The notes beneath the pieces are model-generated. The model had not been told where the DNA came from. It made no database searches and was given only the letters and a program-made list of their open reading frames with translations. From positions 1 to 10,281 of the forward strand of contig JBHICG010000098.1 of assembly GCA_046759445.1 (NCBI GenBank): DNA of 10,281 nt, given 5' to 3'. This document shows positions 7,145 through 10,281 of the stretch, one piece after another. Source of the stretch: Candidatus Scalinduaceae bacterium. Lineage in GTDB: Bacteria; Planctomycetota; Brocadiia; Brocadiales; Scalinduaceae. Every line of letters begins with the position of its first letter. The first letter of the stretch is position 1. Made by a program: the position numbers and the translations under genes.

Positions 7145-7816
7145 ATGAAGATGGCACAAACATTTATAATATTTTTCTATCGCTTACTCTTCTATATTGG
7201 TCAGGTTGTCAATGCCAATGAAGAAGACGGAAAGAGATGGAACAAACGATATGATACTGAAGAATATATGTATGGAAAAGAACCGATAAAACTTCTAAAA
7301 GAAAATATCAATCTTTTGACTAAAGGCAAGGCCCTGGTCTTAGCTATGGGAGAAGAAAGAAATGCAGTATTTCTGGCCAAGAATGGATTTGATGTGGAGG
7401 GTTGTGATATCTCTGAGATAGCTATCTAGAAGAGTAAGATTTTAGCAAAGGAGAATAATGTAAGATTAAATGCCTTTGTAGCGGATCTGGAGAAATATAG
7501 AATACCAAACAATAAGTATGACCTTATAACTTGTATTTATTATATGCAAAGGAGTCTTATTCCCCAAATCAAGGATCGCTTGAAGATAGGTGGTATGGTT
7601 GTATTTGAGGAATATGCCATTGGCCAGTTAAAAAATAGATGTGATGCACCTGGCTCTAAGAACCCAGAGTATTCAGTAAAACATAATGAACTCCCATATT
7701 ATTTATATAGTGAACTTCTTAATATCTTCAGGGATTTTTACATCCTTTATTATCGAGAGGGTGAGAGGGAAGATAACAGATCAGTAGTAAGCATGATTGC
7801 AAAAAAGATAAGGTAA
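7145..7816 (+). pseudogene. Class I SAM-dependent methyltransferase (TehB-like) interrupted by an in-frame TAG at 7427-7429
   Basis: RBS GAGGA at 7133-7137 and ATG at 7145. RWNKRY..EYMYGKEP, motif I KALVLAMGEERNAVFLAKNGFDVEGCDIS; after the TAG the same frame continues KSKILAKENNVRLNAFVADLEKYRIPNNKYDLITCIYYMQRSLIPQIKDRLKIGGMVVFE to TAA 7814-7816. The track ORFs 7115-7429 and 7544-7816 are two parts of one gene of 223 codons. Confidence 0.88.
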
Positions 7817-8625
7817 TGAATAGGATTGACTCTATGTTTAAGGAATTAAGGGAGAGAAACAAACCTGCATTTATTCCCTTTATAACGGCTGGAGACCCAA
7901 GTCTGGCAGTGACGAAGTCATTGATTTTGGAGTTTGACAAGAGAGGATCAGACATAATAGAATTGGGAGTTCCATTTTCTGATCCAATTGCAGACGGGCC
8001 TGTAATTCAATCATCTTATCACAGGGCGCTTTCAGGTGGAATTAAGCTCTCTGATATCTTTGAGTTCATAAAAGAGGTACGAAAAGAATCGGGAATTCCC
8101 ATTGTGTCGATGATTTCATATAGTATCCTCTATAAGAATGGTTGTAGAAATTTTATAAAAAATGCGGTCGAAGCAGGATTTGATGGCGCTACGATTCCAG
8201 ATCTTCCCATTGAAGAAGCCGAAGAAATAATTGAAATTGGTAAGAATGAGGGGTTTAAGATAATCTGTTTTATAGCACCTACAACAACAAACGATCGCAT
8301 GGAATTGATTGTCAAAAAGTCACAAGGTTTTCTATATTATATATCCGTTGTGGGTATAACTGGGGTAAAATGCGAATTGTCTGATGATATAACTAGGAAT
8401 ATTCAAAATGTTAAGAGATTTACCAACTTGCCGGTCGCGCTGGGTTTTGGGATTTCAACGCCCGAACAGGCCAGGGTGGCAGGGAAAATTGCAGATGGTG
8501 TAATCGTAGGTAGCGCTATCATGAGAGAGATAGCAAAATATAGCTTTAAAGATTGCAACCAGATGGTTGATAAGGTAGGGCGGTTTGTGGGTGAATTAAT
8601 AAATAGTGCCAAAAATCGAAGTTAG
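7816..8625 (+). CDS. trpA: Tryptophan synthase alpha chain
   Basis: 269 aa; PFITAGDP, IELGVPFSDPIADGPVIQ (catalytic Glu and Asp), PDLP, APTT, GITG, GFGIS, DGVIVGSA. Confidence 0.98.
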   Translation: MNRIDSMFKELRERNKPAFIPFITAGDPSLAVTKSLILEFDKRGSDIIELGVPFSDPIADGPVIQSSYHRALSGGIKLSDIFEFIKEVRKESGIPIVSMISYSILYKNGCRNFIKNAVEAGFDGATIPDLPIEEAEEIIEIGKNEGFKIICFIAPTTTNDRMELIVKKSQGFLYYISVVGITGVKCELSDDITRNIQNVKRFTNLPVALGFGISTPEQARVAGKIADGVIVGSAIMREIAKYSFKDCNQMVDKVGRFVGELINSAKNRS

Positions 8626-9001
8626 CTATTTTTGAATTATTGCCTGTTGTCTTAGAAAAATTGTATGCAGTTGAGATTAAACGATTTATGCCTGAACCTT
8701 AAGGTTTGAGGAATGCGTTGACTGTCCTACTTGCATTGTTTTTGGTTGAAGACGTTTCATGCGCAACGTGCAGTTCGGTAAGGTGTGGGTGTAAATTGCT
8801 CATTTCTGCCAGTTATATTTATAAATCCCACCTAGAATACTTAATTGCTCCATTAGGTCAGCGCCTTATCATCGCTGTAGAAATACGAACTTTATTATTC
8901 AAGATAGGCACCATTGATACCTGGCGAAAAGTTATGTTTTTGCAGCTTTTCATTGGCATAGGTCTGCCATAGTTCACTTTTCAGTTTGACAGGTTAGGAG
9001 T

Positions 9002-9562
9002 ATGAATATGAAGAAACAATCTAGCATAGAGGAAAGTATGCACCCAAGTGAAAACGGACGTCGCAACTTTCTAAAGATATGTTCCGTCGCTCTGTCATCT
9101 CTTATTGGTATTGGCTATGCGATCCCCCTGATAAGCGCCTTTATCAGCCCAGCTATGCAAAATACCGTTACAGGTTCATCAGATCTGGTTGATATCGGCA
9201 ACGTCAATGAGTACCAGGTCAATGTCCCCAGGAAGATAACAATCAAGGATTCTTTGACGGACGCATGGACCAAATTTCCTCCGACTGCAATAGGTGCAGT
9301 CTGGATATTAATGGATAAGGATAAAAAATTTACTGTCTTTTCCTCAATCTGTCCTCACCTTGGATGTGGTATCGACTGGGACGAGGGTTCGGGAAGGTTT
9401 GTCTGCCCGTGCCATGAAAGTTATTTTGATATCGAAGGAAGCGTCCTTTCAGGGCCTTCTCCACGGGGATTGGATACCCTTGAAACAGAAATCAAACAGG
9501 GAAAGCTATTTGTGAGATACCAGAAAATGAAACTTGGTATTTCCAAGAAAATGCCTGCTTGA
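9002..9562 (+). CDS. Rieske 2Fe-2S subunit of a Rieske/cytochrome b (bc-type) complex, PetC/QcrA-like
   Basis: Tat motif GRRNFLK followed by a hydrophobic helix; box I CPHLGC; box II CPCHESYF; GPSPRGL; AGGAG at 8996-9000 fits the ATG at 9008 better than that at 9002. Confidence 0.95.
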   Translation: MNMKKQSSIEESMHPSENGRRNFLKICSVALSSLIGIGYAIPLISAFISPAMQNTVTGSSDLVDIGNVNEYQVNVPRKITIKDSLTDAWTKFPPTAIGAVWILMDKDKKFTVFSSICPHLGCGIDWDEGSGRFVCPCHESYFDIEGSVLSGPSPRGLDTLETEIKQGKLFVRYQKMKLGISKKMPA

Positions 9563-9608
9563 GAGTTGCTTATACTTAAATTTTACGTCTAATTTCGAGT
9601 ACTATAAA

Positions 9609-10281
9609 ATGAAATGGTTAGAAGAAAGAACCGGTCTCAAAGACCTTTTTAATAAATTTATGGATGAGCCTGTAGAAGGTGGCGCCAAGTGGTCCTACGT
9701 CTTTGGCAGTGCACTTGTTTTCGTCTTTATCATGCAGATTGTCTCCGGCGTAATTCTTGCTACCTGCTATTCCGCGTCTACCACAGATGCATGGGGAAGT
9801 GTATATTATATACAGCACAAAACGTTTTCCGGCTGGTTTGTAAGAGGGATGCATAACGTTGGTTCCAGTGCAATGATAGTTCTGGCCGTGCTCCATATGG
9901 CTCAAACACTTATCTTTGGTGCATACAGAAAACCACGTGAGTTAAACTGGATTACAGGAGTCTTCATGCTTTTCATCATATTTGGGTTTGGACTTACCGG
10001 TTATCTGCTTCCCTGGGATCAAAAGGGTTACTGGGCGACACAAGTCGCTACGAGCATCATGGGTTTAGTTCCGGGAATCGGTGAATTTGTAAAGGGAGTA
10101 ATTCAAGGCGGAAATGACTATGGCAATCTTACACTTACACGATTTTACAGCTTCCACGTCTTCTTTCTACCGGCAGGTCTTATGACCTTTCTGGCCGGAC
10201 CAGGTCTTTAAGGATGTTGTCGTTGTTGTAATTGTTTTCATTTCAATGGTACTTGTGGTCTGGTATCGTGATGGTGCAGAA
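9609..10281 (+). pseudogene. Cytochrome b (b6 domain followed by a subunit-IV-like region, PetB/QcrB-like) with an apparent internal deletion and frameshift near 10186-10196; runs off the window edge. Pseudogene status is uncertain because this could be an assembly artifact.
   Basis: Likely start ATG 9609 (MKWLEERTG). Heme ligands RGMHN, VLHM and FYSFHV present, plus YRKPRELNWITG and TGYLLPWDQKGYWA. The frame ends FLAGPGL* without the fourth His, while the +1 frame from 10186 reads PFWPDQVFKDVVVVVIVFISMVLVVWYRDGAE to the window end. Confidence 0.8.

Noticed and set aside
7427..7429. Pyrrolysine or genome-wide TAG recoding
   Set aside because: TAG acts as a normal stop for trpA and the RAYT in this window, there is no pyl context, and the SAM motif is also degenerate.
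8953..8968. Sigma54 promoter TTGGCATAGGTCTGCC
   Set aside because: GG-to-GC spacing is 9 nt rather than the required 10.
8706..8972. 88-aa Cys-containing ORF
   Set aside because: TTG start, no recognisable family, and CATCS is not a heme CxxCH motif; likely spurious.
9534..9608. N-terminal extension of cytochrome b in the ORF track
   Set aside because: It overlaps the Rieske 3' end and has no cytochrome b character; MKWLEERTG at 9609 is the typical start.
283..9905. Short alternative-frame and minus-strand ORFs (for example 283-519, 1693-2100, 2529-2855, 4204-4503, 5442-5699, 9618-9905)
   Set aside because: They overlap well-supported genes largely or entirely and show no recognisable motifs; shadow ORFs.

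Overview
Anammox (Candidatus Brocadiales) genomic window, most consistent with Ca. Scalindua by hzsA-hox adjacency and HzsA sequence features (inference). All real genes are on the + strand. Left part, core anammox catabolism: 3' part of the hydrazine synthase diheme gamma subunit, full hydrazine synthase alpha subunit (hzsA), and an octaheme HAO-family hydroxylamine oxidase (kustc1061/HOX type) with its own consensus sigma70 promoter and terminator. Middle part: trpB and trpA are separated by about 1.4 kb carrying a TGTC/CGTC-type palindrome half, a REP-associated tyrosine transposase (RAYT) flanked by five covarying 26-nt GTAG REPs (one upstream, two inverted doublets downstream), and a SAM-dependent methyltransferase broken by an in-frame TAG whose terminal stop overlaps the trpA start. 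Right part: Rieske Fe-S protein and a cytochrome b whose sequence jumps out of frame from helix D straight into the subunit-IV-like PFWPDQVFKD segment at a short dual-frame sequence, i.e. an apparent microhomology deletion or an assembly collapse. Comparisons to Kuenenia proteins are from memory, not from an alignment run here.
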